Assembly (NCBI GenBank): GCA_040378705.1
Contig: JBEIMN010000001.1
Coordinates: 1-39,945 of the forward strand
From: Acidobacteriota bacterium
GTDB taxonomy: Bacteria; Acidobacteriota; Blastocatellia; RBC074
Direction: 5' to 3'
DNA: 39,945 bases
How positions within the stretch are numbered: the stretch's first letter is position 1; every line of letters begins with the position of its first letter. Of the stretch, positions 27,419-37,052 are shown piece after piece. Under the pieces are notes generated by a model. It saw nothing but the letters and a program-made list of their open reading frames with translations. It was not told where the DNA came from and did no database searches. The position numbers were made by a program, and so were the translations under genes.

Positions 27419-29155
27419 ATGGAGTTCTTGAAACGTGGTCGGAAAAATGGTCGGTGGATGCCGCAATTGGTCCTGTTTCTGGTAATTGCGTCTCTGATAA
27501 CGACACCGCTGGCGCAGGCACAGCAGGCTAATGGACAGAAGAGAGGCAGAACGGCGCCTGCGGGAGAGGCGGGGCGGAAGGCCGCGACGAAGTCATCCCC
27601 GCAGATCCGGCTGGTGGTTGGAATTGTGATCGACCAGTTTCGGTACGATTACCTGACACGGTTCGAGGATCAGTTTGTCGAGGGTGGCTTCCGTCGCTTT
27701 CTGACCCGTGGAGCCAACTTCACTGAAAACAACTATCTTCACACCCCTACCTACACCGCACCGGGCCATGCGACCTTTATGAGTGGTACGACACCAGCAC
27801 TCAACGGGATAATCGGCAACGAATGGTACGACCGCAAGTCTGGAAAGACAGTATCCAGCGTCTCCGACGGCAACGTGAAGCAGTTGGGTGGGCGTGATGG
27901 AGGCGCAGGGGCCTCACCTCACCGCCTGATCGGATCGACCCTTGGCGATCAGATGAAGCTGACCAGTCAGGGTCGATCGAAGGTAGTCGGCATCTCCCTG
28001 AAAGATCGTTCGGCGATTCTGCCAGTCGGAAAGCGGCCTGATGGAGCTTACTGGTACGACGGAACGACCGGCAACTTCGTCTCGAGCACCTGGTATTTCA
28101 ACGAACTGCCGGCGTGGGTAAAAAAGTTCAATCAGGAGCAGCACAGCAACACCTATTTCGATAAGGTGTGGGATCGGCTGCTGCCGGAATCCGCCTATGC
28201 GCGCTCGGCGGCGGACGACTCAGCTTACGAGGGAAAGGATCACCTCTTCCCGCACGTCCTGAAGGGCAGCGAAGCGAAGCCGGGGCCGAAATTCTACGGT
28301 GAATTCCAGTCTTCCCCCTTCGCCAACGACCATCTGGCCAATCTCGCGCGGGCGGCGATTGAGAATGAGCAGCTGGGAGCGGATGAGATTCCGGATCTGC
28401 TGACGATCAGCTTCTCCTCGAACGACCTGGTTGGGCATAATTATGGTCCATACAGCCAGGAGGTTCAGGACATCACACTGCGGACCGATCGAACGATCGC
28501 CGAGCTCTTCTCTTATCTTGATCGTAAGATCGGCCTTGACCACATCGTTTTTGCCCTGACGGCGGATCACGGGGTCGGGCCGGTACCAGAGCAGGTCAAG
28601 CCGCTCGGTTATGGCGGTCGGATCAGTGCCAGCGCCATCGGTGACGCGGTCGAGAAGTCGCTCGATACACGATATGGCGACGAAAAATGGGTGCTCTCGA
28701 CTGGGAATGGCAATGTCTATCTCGACCTTGCGGTGATCGGGAGGAAAAAGATCGACGTTGCCGAGGCAGAAACGATTGCGGCAATGGGAGTAATGACAAT
28801 TCCGGGCATTGCCGAATGCTACACTCGTTCACAGATCATTAGTGGTCGGACGCCAGAGACGAGGCTGAGCCAGAGTGTAGTGCTTGGATTCAACGCCGAG
28901 CGGAATGGCAACCTGGTGGTGTTGACGGAGCCCTTCTACCTTGTCGGGGGAGCCTCCGGGGCATCGCATGGAACGCCATACAGCTACGACACGCACGTGC
29001 CGCTGCTGCTGCTTGGACCGGGAATCAAGTCTGGCTGGTATACACAGCCGAGCAGTCCGGCCGATATCGCCCCGACGCTGGCTTCGATTCTGAAGCTCAC
29101 CCCGCCGAGTAATCGGAGCGGGCGGGTTCTTGGCGAGGCGTTGATCGCACGGTAG
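27419..29155 (+). CDS. Secreted alkaline phosphatase / phosphodiesterase, PafA-like (alkaline-phosphatase superfamily)
   Basis: 578 aa with a signal peptide. IDQFRYDYL, TPTYTAPGHATFMSGTTPALNGIIGNEWYDR (Thr nucleophile region), SFSSNDLVGHNYGP and LTADHGVGP. SD AAGGAG lies 6 nt upstream of the ATG. Confidence 0.8.
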   Translation: MEFLKRGRKNGRWMPQLVLFLVIASLITTPLAQAQQANGQKRGRTAPAGEAGRKAATKSSPQIRLVVGIVIDQFRYDYLTRFEDQFVEGGFRRFLTRGANFTENNYLHTPTYTAPGHATFMSGTTPALNGIIGNEWYDRKSGKTVSSVSDGNVKQLGGRDGGAGASPHRLIGSTLGDQMKLTSQGRSKVVGISLKDRSAILPVGKRPDGAYWYDGTTGNFVSSTWYFNELPAWVKKFNQEQHSNTYFDKVWDRLLPESAYARSAADDSAYEGKDHLFPHVLKGSEAKPGPKFYGEFQSSPFANDHLANLARAAIENEQLGADEIPDLLTISFSSNDLVGHNYGPYSQEVQDITLRTDRTIAELFSYLDRKIGLDHIVFALTADHGVGPVPEQVKPLGYGGRISASAIGDAVEKSLDTRYGDEKWVLSTGNGNVYLDLAVIGRKKIDVAEAETIAAMGVMTIPGIAECYTRSQIISGRTPETRLSQSVVLGFNAERNGNLVVLTEPFYLVGGASGASHGTPYSYDTHVPLLLLGPGIKSGWYTQPSSPADIAPTLASILKLTPPSNRSGRVLGEALIAR

Positions 29156-29169
29156 TAAGTCCATTCCAG

Positions 29170-29217
29170 TAAAAAAGGTGAAGGGGGAGCGTTGGCATGC
29201 TCCCCCTTCACCTTTTT
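29170..29217. terminator. Strong bidirectional rho-independent terminator between convergent genes
   Basis: AAAAAA (29170-29175), GGTGAAGGGGGAGC (29176-29189), an 8-nt loop, GCTCCCCCTTCACC (29198-29211), then TTTTTT (29212-29217). The 14-bp stem is perfect. Confidence 0.9.
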
Positions 29218-29264
29218 TACTCAAACCGGCCGCCGAAATGGGCTAAATTGATAGCCTGGCGGAA

Positions 29265-30668
29265 TCATTCCGCCGATTCAGACGTATCGTCAACCGGTTC
29301 GTTCGGATCGTTTGGATCGTTGAGTCTGGCCGGGCGCCTGATGCCGAACTTGTCGAGTCGGTACTGCATGGTTCGAAATGAGAGTCCAAGGAGACGTGCG
29401 GATCGCGTGATGTTCCATCCGGTCTGTTCCATTGCCTGGAGGATCAGCGAGCGTTCAAGATCTTCGAAGGAGATTCCCTCCGGTGGGAGTCGAAATCCGG
29501 CTGACCCCTCGGCGTGAACCGACTGACGAATCTCGACCGGCAGATCCTCGATGGTGATCTGGTCGCTCTCGGCGAGCAGAAGTGCCCGTTCGATTGCCGA
29601 TTCGAGCTGCCGGACATTTCCGGGCCACCCGTACTCCATCATCATCTTTCGCGCTTCGGCGGAGATCTGAATCGGGCGCGGCGCATTGGCGCCGTGTTTG
29701 CGAAGGAAGTGTTCCATGAGCTGTGCAATGTCATCCCGGCGGGAGCGGAGCGGCGGAATATTGATTGGAATGACATTCAGACGGTAGTAGAGGTCTTCGC
29801 GAAATCTTCCATCCCTGACCATGGCTTCGAGGTCGCGGTTGGTAGCCGCCAGCACACGAACATCGACCTTGGTCGCCCGGGTTCCGCCAACACGCAGAAT
29901 CTCCTTCTCCTGGAGGGCGCGAAGCAGTTTCGCCTGCATGCTGATATTGAGTTCACCGATCTCGTCAAGGAAGAGTGTTCCTTTGTCAGCGATCTCGAAG
30001 AGCCCCTTCTTTTCGGTGACAGCACCGGTAAAGGAGCCTTTTTCGTGTCCGAAGAGTTCGGATTCGAGCAGATTCTCGTTGATGGCCGCGCAGTTCACCG
30101 CTTGAAATCGTTCATTGAGCCGCGGACTGGCCTTATGGATTGCCCAGGCGATTCGCTCCTTGCCAGTCCCGGACTCACCGCGAATGAGGACCGTCGAGGT
30201 AGAATGTGCGACCTTGACGATCATCTTCTTGACACGCTCCATGGCCTCGGAGACTCCAACTATCTCATCGTCAACCGCCTTCAACTGAGCGAAGGCGCGG
30301 CTGACAACCGCGAGGAGGTTGTCACGTTCAAGCGGTTTCTCGAGGTAGTCGAAGGCGCCACCACGGAGCGCCTCCTTGACCGAATCGATCGATCCGTGTG
30401 CGGTCATCAGAATTACGGGGAGTGAGCTGTCGAGCTGCGAGATCTCATTGAGCAGCTGAATTCCATCCATTCCGGACATCTTCAGGTCGGTCAGAACGAG
30501 ATCGATCCGCTCGTGACGGAAGAGGCGCAGGGCATCCTGCGCAGAACCGGCAGTCCGGACATCATAGCGGGCGGAGCCGGACGGATCCCGTTCAGCGGAG
30601 AGAATCATCTGCAATATCTCACGCTGATTCTTTTCGTCGTCAACAATCAGGATTCTTCTGGCTTTCAT
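29265..30668 (-). CDS. Sigma-54-dependent response regulator (NtrC family)
   Basis: From the ATG at 30668: a REC domain (MKARRILIVDDE...DLVLTDLKM). An AAA+ sigma-54 interaction domain (GESGTGKE, ESELFGHEKGSFTGA, LFLDEIGEL). A C-terminal Fis-type HTH (NITRSARLLGLSFRTMQYRL). GGAG lies 6 nt upstream. Confidence 0.9.
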   Translation of the reverse strand: MKARRILIVDDEKNQREILQMILSAERDPSGSARYDVRTAGSAQDALRLFRHERIDLVLTDLKMSGMDGIQLLNEISQLDSSLPVILMTAHGSIDSVKEALRGGAFDYLEKPLERDNLLAVVSRAFAQLKAVDDEIVGVSEAMERVKKMIVKVAHSTSTVLIRGESGTGKERIAWAIHKASPRLNERFQAVNCAAINENLLESELFGHEKGSFTGAVTEKKGLFEIADKGTLFLDEIGELNISMQAKLLRALQEKEILRVGGTRATKVDVRVLAATNRDLEAMVRDGRFREDLYYRLNVIPINIPPLRSRRDDIAQLMEHFLRKHGANAPRPIQISAEARKMMMEYGWPGNVRQLESAIERALLLAESDQITIEDLPVEIRQSVHAEGSAGFRLPPEGISFEDLERSLILQAMEQTGWNITRSARLLGLSFRTMQYRLDKFGIRRPARLNDPNDPNEPVDDTSESAE

Positions 30669-30674
30669 GTCTTT

Positions 30675-30746
30675 CTCCAATGGGCTCCAATGGGAGAGTC
30701 GAGTTTGCAACCGGCAATTAACGGTCATTAGCGGCCATTAACGGTC
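30675..30746. repeat. Two sets of 10-bp tandem repeats in the kinase-regulator spacer
   Basis: CTCCAATGGG x2 (30675-30684, 30685-30694). On the minus strand this is CCCATTGGAG x2, and the promoter-proximal copy supplies the regulator's GGAG SD. ATTARCGGYC x3 (30717-30726, 30727-30736, 30737-30746). Confidence 0.9.
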
Positions 30747-30804
30747 AAAGGATAGCGGTAAAAGCCCGCCGACTGCAATTGCTCACTGCTTCGACGGGTT
30801 GGTT

Positions 30805-32295
30805 TCAGGATGATTGAGACGGATCCGGGGCAATCCGTGGCAGTGTGAGGTGGAAAGCTGTCCCCTCGCCGGGGGCGCTCCGGACAGAGATGGCGCCTCC
30901 GTGCTCCTCAACGATCTTCCTGGTCAGTGCAAGTCCAAGTCCGATCCCCGTCTCCCGGGTCGAAAAGTAGGGTTCGAAGACCTGTTCGCACATCTCCTCC
31001 GTCATCCCGTGGCCTGTATCAACGAAATCGATTCGGACCAGTTCGGGTTCTGCGTGGAGTGAGATGGTGAGGAGACCGCCATCAGGCATCGCCTGAACGG
31101 CGTTTATGATGAGGTTGGAAAAGCAGGTCTTGAGCTGCTCAGGATCGGCCGCAAAGCGGGCTGAACCATCGGACGGCCCGACGATCCGAATCTCGACATT
31201 CTGCTGCGCGGCCCTCGCTCCGACGAGATCTGCGAGCTCCTCGATCAGCCTTATGGCATCCAGATCCCGACGCTTCAGCCTTGCCGGCCGGCCATAACCA
31301 AGGAAATCGCTCACCAGTCGATTGAGGCGGGCCAGTTCATCCTTGATCGTCGTCAGAATGCGCGTATATTCACTCCGCCCGGTCTCATCGGTGGGTGCAT
31401 ATTTGTCGCGAAGATAATCGATCGAAAGGTTGATAAAGTTGAGTGGATTGCGTATCTCGTGTGCAATTCCGGAGGCAAGACGACCGACGACGGCGGAACG
31501 CTCTGATCGTTGGAGCTTCTCTTCAAGGTCGCGGTTACGCTGTAGTCCGGCGAGCATGTCATTGAATGTCGTCGCGAGGTGGCGGACCTCGTGCGGCCCT
31601 TCGACCGGAACGACAAAATCGAGTTCACCGGCGGTTACACGCCGCGCCGCCTCGCCCAGCCCGGTGATTGGACGTGTAAAACGGCGCGTAAAGATGGCGA
31701 TCGCGGCGATCAGGCCAAGTCCGAGCAGCGAAAGAACGATCAACCGAACCCGCTCCCCCGCCTTCTTGACCTGATTGAGCCGGTTCATGGAAATGACGAT
31801 AAAGATCCGGCGGACACCACGCTCCGTTTCGATCGAAAATCTGAGCGTCCGGGTCAATCCGGGATCAAGTGGCTCCTCATCAAATCGGAGCCGCTGCGGT
31901 TGGCCCGGCAGATCCTCGATCAACGAACGATAGGGCTGATTGAGATCCGCCTGGTTGCTGCTGTCAAAGACCATTCCCGCCTGGTCGACCACCAGAATAT
32001 GGCGGATAACGCTCCCTTCGTCGATCATCAACCCGTCCGGCTCCCCCCGATTGACGAGGTCATAGAGATATTTTCCGCTCGAGAATGAACGATACACAAT
32101 ATCGGTCGCCAGCGTGATATCACGAATGTACTCCCCGACCACCAGCGTCGTCCGCTGCTCGATCCGCTGGTTGAAAAAAGAGAGCGCTATCGCGGTGATC
32201 AGCATAATCACCGAGATGAACATAACCATTCGTGCCCGAAAGGTGACGAAAAATGGAACAGGATTAGTGCGAATAATGGACATAGCGACCGTCAT
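30805..32295 (-). CDS. Sensor histidine kinase (two TM helices, periplasmic sensor, HAMP, HisKA, HATPase_c)
   Basis: 496 aa. TM1 (MVMFISVIMLITAIALSFF), a sensor loop of about 150 aa, TM2 (LIVLSLLGLGLIAAIAIF), HAMP, H-box (AHEIRNPLN), and N/G boxes (NLIINAVQAM, DTGHGM, GIGLGLAL). An alternative start lies at 32283. Confidence 0.9.
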   Translation of the reverse strand: MTVAMSIIRTNPVPFFVTFRARMVMFISVIMLITAIALSFFNQRIEQRTTLVVGEYIRDITLATDIVYRSFSSGKYLYDLVNRGEPDGLMIDEGSVIRHILVVDQAGMVFDSSNQADLNQPYRSLIEDLPGQPQRLRFDEEPLDPGLTRTLRFSIETERGVRRIFIVISMNRLNQVKKAGERVRLIVLSLLGLGLIAAIAIFTRRFTRPITGLGEAARRVTAGELDFVVPVEGPHEVRHLATTFNDMLAGLQRNRDLEEKLQRSERSAVVGRLASGIAHEIRNPLNFINLSIDYLRDKYAPTDETGRSEYTRILTTIKDELARLNRLVSDFLGYGRPARLKRRDLDAIRLIEELADLVGARAAQQNVEIRIVGPSDGSARFAADPEQLKTCFSNLIINAVQAMPDGGLLTISLHAEPELVRIDFVDTGHGMTEEMCEQVFEPYFSTRETGIGLGLALTRKIVEEHGGAISVRSAPGEGTAFHLTLPRIAPDPSQSS

Positions 32296-32412
32296 AGTAA
32301 CAGAACTGAGGCCCCGCCTGCTGCAAGCTTCAGCCAGCGAGCCGATCTTTATTTGCCAAATCGCCGGTAATCGTTAACAATAAATTTTTAACAGTGCGAG
32401 GTATCGTCCATC

Positions 32413-34440
32413 ATGAATAAGTTCTACGTTACAACGCCGATATATTACGTCAACTCCAGACCACATCTCGGCCACCTCTACACGACAACGGTGGCCGATA
32501 CCATCACGCGCTACAAACGGCAGCGTGGAATCGAGACATTCTTCCTGACCGGAACTGACGAGCACGGCCAGAACATCGAGCGTGCGGCGGAGAAGGCTGG
32601 AATTCCGGTCAAGGAGCACGTCGACCAGATCGTGGCCGAATTTCAGGAGATGTTCCCGCGTTTCAACCTCGCCTACGACCACTGGATCCGGACAACGGAC
32701 GAGTACCACAAAAAGGGCGTTTCGGCTCTTTGGCGCAAGGTCACTGAGAACGGTTACATTTACAAGTCGAAATACGAAGGCTGGTACTGTGTTGGATGCA
32801 ACGGCTTTCTGAGCGAGGACGAGACGCTTCCCGGGGTGGACGACATTCCGATCTGCAAGACGCACGAACGGTCGCTCGATCGACTGGCGGAGGAGAGCTA
32901 CTTCTTTCGGCTCTCGGCATTGCAGGATCGGCTGCTCGAATACTACGAAACACACCCGCATTTCATCAGACCGGAGTCACGAAGGAATGAGGTCTTGAGC
33001 TTCGTTCGTGGCGGGTTGAACGACCTCTCGATCAGCCGGGTCTCGGTCAAATGGGGGATCCCGGTGCCAGACGACCCGGCACACACAATGTATGTCTGGT
33101 TCGACGCGCTGACAAACTATATTACGGCCGTCGGCTATGGAAACGAGGAGCGTGGAGGCGAAGAGAACTTCAGGCGACTCTGGCCAGCCGACCTGCAACT
33201 GGTTGGGAAGGACATCCTGCGATTTCACGCCATCTACTGGCCGGCCTTCCTGCTTGCCGCGGGGCTTGAGCCGCCACGAACCGTCTATGCGCACGGTTTC
33301 TGGCTCTCGGGTGGACGAAAGATGTCGAAATCGCTCGGAAATGTAATCAACCTTGGCGTGCTGAAGAGCCATTTCACATCCGACTCGGTCCGTTATTTCT
33401 GCCTGCGCGAGATGGTCTTCGGACAGGATGGAGACTTCACCTATGAGGCATTGATCGAGCGCGTGAATGCAGATCTGGCAGACGGTCTGGGCAATCTTTC
33501 ATCACGGACACTGACGATGATCCATCGTTTTCGTGACGGGATAGTGCCGTTGCCAATTCAGGTCGGAACAGAACTGGCAGAGCGTGCAGCCGGTGTCCGT
33601 CGTGCGATCGAGCAGGCGAGGATCGAATTCGACCGCGAATTCGATGACTACAATTTCAGCCGGGCGATCGAAGCCGCGCAGGCGGCGATTGCCCATGTCG
33701 ACAAGTTCATCTCCGATACGAAGCCGTGGAACCTGGCGAAGGATCCGGCGCTTGCCGACAGCCTCGACGTGGTACTCTCGACTTCAGTCCGGTCATTGCG
33801 ACAGTTGGCGGCGATCCTCGCCCCGGTGCTTCCCGAATCGACACAGACAATCTGGGAACAGCTCGGGGAATCGGGACAGATTCTTGGAATCGCACCGACC
33901 AGCCTTGCCTGGGAGGAGCCGGCCGGGCTCAAAATCGGAGAGGTTAAACCAATTTTCCCAAAACTGGACAGGAAGACATTAATGGACGAGATCAGGAAAG
34001 AAGAGACAGCGACCGCCCCGACCACCGAAGTGGCAAATAGCGAGACAACGCCGGTTACTCCGCCCGTTGCGGCACCAGCGGTCGCCACCGAGCCGGTTCC
34101 CGGTGTCGCGTACATCAACATTGAGGATTTCACGAAGGTCGAGTTGCGTGCGGGTGAGATCAGGACAGCCGAGCGTGTGCCGAAGGCGGACAAGCTGCTC
34201 CGGATGACCATCGACCTTGGCGAAGCGGAGCCACGGCAGATTCTTGCCGGTATCGCACAATATTACGAGCCGGAGAAGCTGATTGGGCGCAAAGTGATCG
34301 TCGTCGCCAATCTCGCGCCGCGCAGGCTACGCGGATTCGAGTCGCAGGGTATGGTTCTCGCCGCTTCGATCGGGGACGAGGGACGGCCGATACTTGCCGG
34401 GTTCCTTGAAGATGTTCCAAACGGAGCGAAGCTGAGATAG
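32413..34440 (+). CDS. metG: Methionine--tRNA ligase with C-terminal tRNA-binding (EMAP/Trbp111-like) domain
   Basis: 675 aa. TTPIYYVNSRPHLGHLYT (HIGH), a Cys knuckle (CVGCNGF...CKTH), KMSKSLGN, and a C-terminal VELRAGEI...KLLRMTIDLGE OB-fold. Confidence 0.95.
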   Translation: MNKFYVTTPIYYVNSRPHLGHLYTTTVADTITRYKRQRGIETFFLTGTDEHGQNIERAAEKAGIPVKEHVDQIVAEFQEMFPRFNLAYDHWIRTTDEYHKKGVSALWRKVTENGYIYKSKYEGWYCVGCNGFLSEDETLPGVDDIPICKTHERSLDRLAEESYFFRLSALQDRLLEYYETHPHFIRPESRRNEVLSFVRGGLNDLSISRVSVKWGIPVPDDPAHTMYVWFDALTNYITAVGYGNEERGGEENFRRLWPADLQLVGKDILRFHAIYWPAFLLAAGLEPPRTVYAHGFWLSGGRKMSKSLGNVINLGVLKSHFTSDSVRYFCLREMVFGQDGDFTYEALIERVNADLADGLGNLSSRTLTMIHRFRDGIVPLPIQVGTELAERAAGVRRAIEQARIEFDREFDDYNFSRAIEAAQAAIAHVDKFISDTKPWNLAKDPALADSLDVVLSTSVRSLRQLAAILAPVLPESTQTIWEQLGESGQILGIAPTSLAWEEPAGLKIGEVKPIFPKLDRKTLMDEIRKEETATAPTTEVANSETTPVTPPVAAPAVATEPVPGVAYINIEDFTKVELRAGEIRTAERVPKADKLLRMTIDLGEAEPRQILAGIAQYYEPEKLIGRKVIVVANLAPRRLRGFESQGMVLAASIGDEGRPILAGFLEDVPNGAKLR

Positions 34441-35244
34441 ATGCTGATCGATTCGCACGTCCATCTCGATGGTCCGCAGTTCGATGGTGACCGCGCCGAA
34501 GTGATCGCCAGAGCACGTGCGGCCGGAGTCGGAATCATGCTTGAAATTGCCGGGAGCGATATCGGCCAGGGCTCACTGGAGCCCGGACTGCGGCTCGCCG
34601 ATGAGTATGATTTCATCTATGCGGCAATCGGTCTCCACCCGCACGAAGCGAGCATTTTTGATGAAGCGCTCGAAAAGCTGCTTCTCGACTATGCCCGCCA
34701 CCCAAAAGTGGTCGGCTGGGGGGAGATCGGCCTCGACTACCATTATGACCACAGCCCGCGTGACGTGCAGCGTGACGTTCTGCGACGACAGCTCCAGCTC
34801 GCCCGACGCAGCCGACTGCCGGTAATCATCCATACACGCGAGGCGGAGGAGGACACGATTACCATCCTCCGCGAGGAATGGTCTGACGCAGAGGCACGAG
34901 AGATCGGCGGGGTCTTCCACTGCTTCTCGGGAACCAGGGCCCTCGCAGAGGCAGCACTTGAGCTTGGGTTTCATCTCTCGTTTTCCGGGGTCGTGACATT
35001 CAAGACGGCGGTTGAGCTTCGGGATATCGCGGCCACCATACCGATTGACCGCTTTCTGGTCGAGACGGACTGTCCGTACCTCGCTCCGGTTCCGCACCGT
35101 GGAAAACGGAATGAGCCGGCCTTTGTGCGCGATACAGCGACGCTGATCGCCGCAATTCGTGGCCTCGAGCTGGAGGAGGTTGCCAGTGCCACAAGCGCCA
35201 ACTTCAGACGGCTCTTCCGTGTTCCGGATCAGACGGCAGGCTGA
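34441..35244 (+). CDS. tatD: TatD-family metal-dependent hydrolase/DNase
   Basis: 267 aa. MLIDSHVHLD, GEIGLDYHY, IIHTREA, HCFSG and ETDCPYLAP. The ATG immediately follows the metG stop. Confidence 0.9.
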   Translation: MLIDSHVHLDGPQFDGDRAEVIARARAAGVGIMLEIAGSDIGQGSLEPGLRLADEYDFIYAAIGLHPHEASIFDEALEKLLLDYARHPKVVGWGEIGLDYHYDHSPRDVQRDVLRRQLQLARRSRLPVIIHTREAEEDTITILREEWSDAEAREIGGVFHCFSGTRALAEAALELGFHLSFSGVVTFKTAVELRDIAATIPIDRFLVETDCPYLAPVPHRGKRNEPAFVRDTATLIAAIRGLELEEVASATSANFRRLFRVPDQTAG

Positions 35245-35330
35245 AATAACGGCGTCAGAGACCTTTTATGATCCTCATTGTGATATTTTGATGATCAATC
35301 CTACACTGGCAGGCTATACTTTCTCTTTAG

Positions 35331-35470
35331 TTTGTGTCTGCTGCCAATGATTGTGACAGTTTGTGACAATCGCTCAGATTACAACCGATTTCAATCTGAG
35401 GTTTAATCGATATTGGCAGATTTTGGTAAATGTTGGCAGATATTGGCGGATGGTGGCAATTTATGGCGCA
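35331..35470. repeat. 10-bp-phased direct repeats upstream of, and running into, the yajQ start codon
   Basis: TTGTGACAGT TTGTGACAAT (35351-35370). Then six consecutive decamers from 35411: tattggcaga, ttttggtaaa, tgttggcaga, tattggcgga, tggtggcaat, ttatggcgca (consensus TNTTGGCAGA). The last contains the ATG at 35463. Confidence 0.85.
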
Positions 35471-35963
35471 GCAAAACTCCTTTGATATCGTTTCGATCAT
35501 CGACCACGCGGAGGTGGTCAACGCCGTCAATCAGGCATTGAAAGAGGTTCTGACACGCTTTGATTTCAAAGGCAGTCTGAGCAACATCGAGATGGAGGGA
35601 AAAGACGCCTTCATTCTGACCTCGGACGATGAGTATAAACTTCGAAGCCTTGACGATATCCTGCAGACGAAATTTGTAAAGAGGGGTGTTCCGCTGAAGG
35701 GGCTGACTTATCAGAAGATCGACCAGGCGCTCGGCGGAACGGTTCGACAAAAGGTACTTCTCCAGCAGGGCATTCCGCAGGAGAAGTCAAAGGAGATCGT
35801 CAGATACATCAAGGACACGAAACTGAAAGTACAGGCTTCGATCCAGGGAGACCTTGTTCGCGTCACCGGCAAGGATCGTGATGTACTGCAGGAAGTGATT
35901 GCCGCCCTTAAGCAGACTGATTTCGGCATCGATATGCAGTTTACAAACTACAGATCAAATTAA
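35463..35963 (+). CDS. yajQ: YajQ-family (UPF0234) nucleotide / cyclic-di-GMP-binding protein
   Basis: 166 aa from the ATG at 35463. MAQQNSFDIVSIIDHAEVVNAVNQALKEVLTRFDFKG is the canonical YajQ N-terminus. The 11-codon extension in the track lies inside the repeat array. Confidence 0.85.
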   Translation: MAQQNSFDIVSIIDHAEVVNAVNQALKEVLTRFDFKGSLSNIEMEGKDAFILTSDDEYKLRSLDDILQTKFVKRGVPLKGLTYQKIDQALGGTVRQKVLLQQGIPQEKSKEIVRYIKDTKLKVQASIQGDLVRVTGKDRDVLQEVIAALKQTDFGIDMQFTNYRSN

Positions 35964-35981
35964 CGAACTTCGCTCAGAATT

Positions 35982-37034
35982 ATGACAAAGATAGTCACTG
36001 CACCCTCAATCGCGGGGAGGAACGAAACAGAGCCTGCGGGTAAGAATCGCGAGGCGTATGCGGCGGCGGGCCAGTTCTTCCAACTGATCCAGCCGGAGAT
36101 GCTGGCGGTCGAAGAGGAGTTCGAGAGACAGGCACGAACCAACATCCAGATCATTGCCCATATCGGCAAATATCTGCACCAGACGGGTGGAAAGCGTGTC
36201 CGCCCGGCGCTTTTGATCCTGGCGGCAAAAGTCTTTGGCGAGGAGGTTGGAGAATCCGTCATCCGGCTTGCCGCGGTTATGGAGTTTCTGCATACGGCGA
36301 CGCTGGTTCACGACGATATCATCGATGGTGCAGAAATGCGGCGCAATCGCCCGTCCGTCTCGGCGAAATGGGGCAACGACACTGCGGTGCTGATGGGTGA
36401 CTGGCTGTACATGTCAGCATATGAGACTGCGCTGCGCGAACGTGATCTGGCGATCCTCGACACCCTGACAGAGGCAACGAGGAAGATGACGGAAGGTGAG
36501 TTGATCCAGTTGACGCTGCTCAACAACATCCGGATCACGGAGGAGCAGCACCTCGACATTGCGAGTCGAAAAACGGGCTACCTGTTCAGCGCAAGCTGCC
36601 GGGTCGGGGCAATTCTGCGCGGCGCGACCGAAGTGGAACGACAGGCGATGGCGGCTTATGGATTGAATCTGGGAATCGCTTTCCAGTTGATCGACGATCT
36701 GCTCGATTTTACCGCCGATGCCGCGAAGATTGGAAAGCCGGTTCTCAGTGATCTGCGCGAGGGGAAAGTGACGCTGCCGCTGATACGTCTGCTGCGAAAC
36801 CATCCGGAGTACGTCCCGGTCGTTCGCGAAGCGATGGATGAGCCAGCCGGTGAGACCCGGCGAGCCGAGACTGTGCTCAGGCTCCTCGAGGAGTTTGGTG
36901 AGATCGAGCGGGCACGGGAAGAGGCTCACGCCTATGTTTTACGCGCCCAGGATGCTTTGAGCATATTTCCTGACTCACCCTATCGCAAAGCACTCTATGG
37001 GATTGCACAATACATAATCGAACGTGACCGGTAG
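35982..37034 (+). CDS. ispB: Long-chain all-trans polyprenyl diphosphate synthase (IspB/octaprenyl type)
   Basis: 350 aa. GGKRVRPAL, first DDxxD box (LVHDDIIDGAEMRRNRPS), second box (FQLIDDLLDF) and KPVLSDLREGKVTLPL. The chain-length product cannot be read from sequence. Confidence 0.85.
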   Translation: MTKIVTAPSIAGRNETEPAGKNREAYAAAGQFFQLIQPEMLAVEEEFERQARTNIQIIAHIGKYLHQTGGKRVRPALLILAAKVFGEEVGESVIRLAAVMEFLHTATLVHDDIIDGAEMRRNRPSVSAKWGNDTAVLMGDWLYMSAYETALRERDLAILDTLTEATRKMTEGELIQLTLLNNIRITEEQHLDIASRKTGYLFSASCRVGAILRGATEVERQAMAAYGLNLGIAFQLIDDLLDFTADAAKIGKPVLSDLREGKVTLPLIRLLRNHPEYVPVVREAMDEPAGETRRAETVLRLLEEFGEIERAREEAHAYVLRAQDALSIFPDSPYRKALYGIAQYIIERDR

Positions 37035-37052
37035 GCGGAAAGCGAGACGGCG

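Noticed and set aside
27091-27420. 109-aa minus-strand ORF filling the AT-rich intergenic region upstream of the PafA-like gene.
   Set aside because: Its ATG shares the CCATGG with the well-supported plus-strand start, so its own upstream region lies inside that gene. It has atypical composition, no SD and no recognisable motifs. The region is better explained as divergent promoter DNA.
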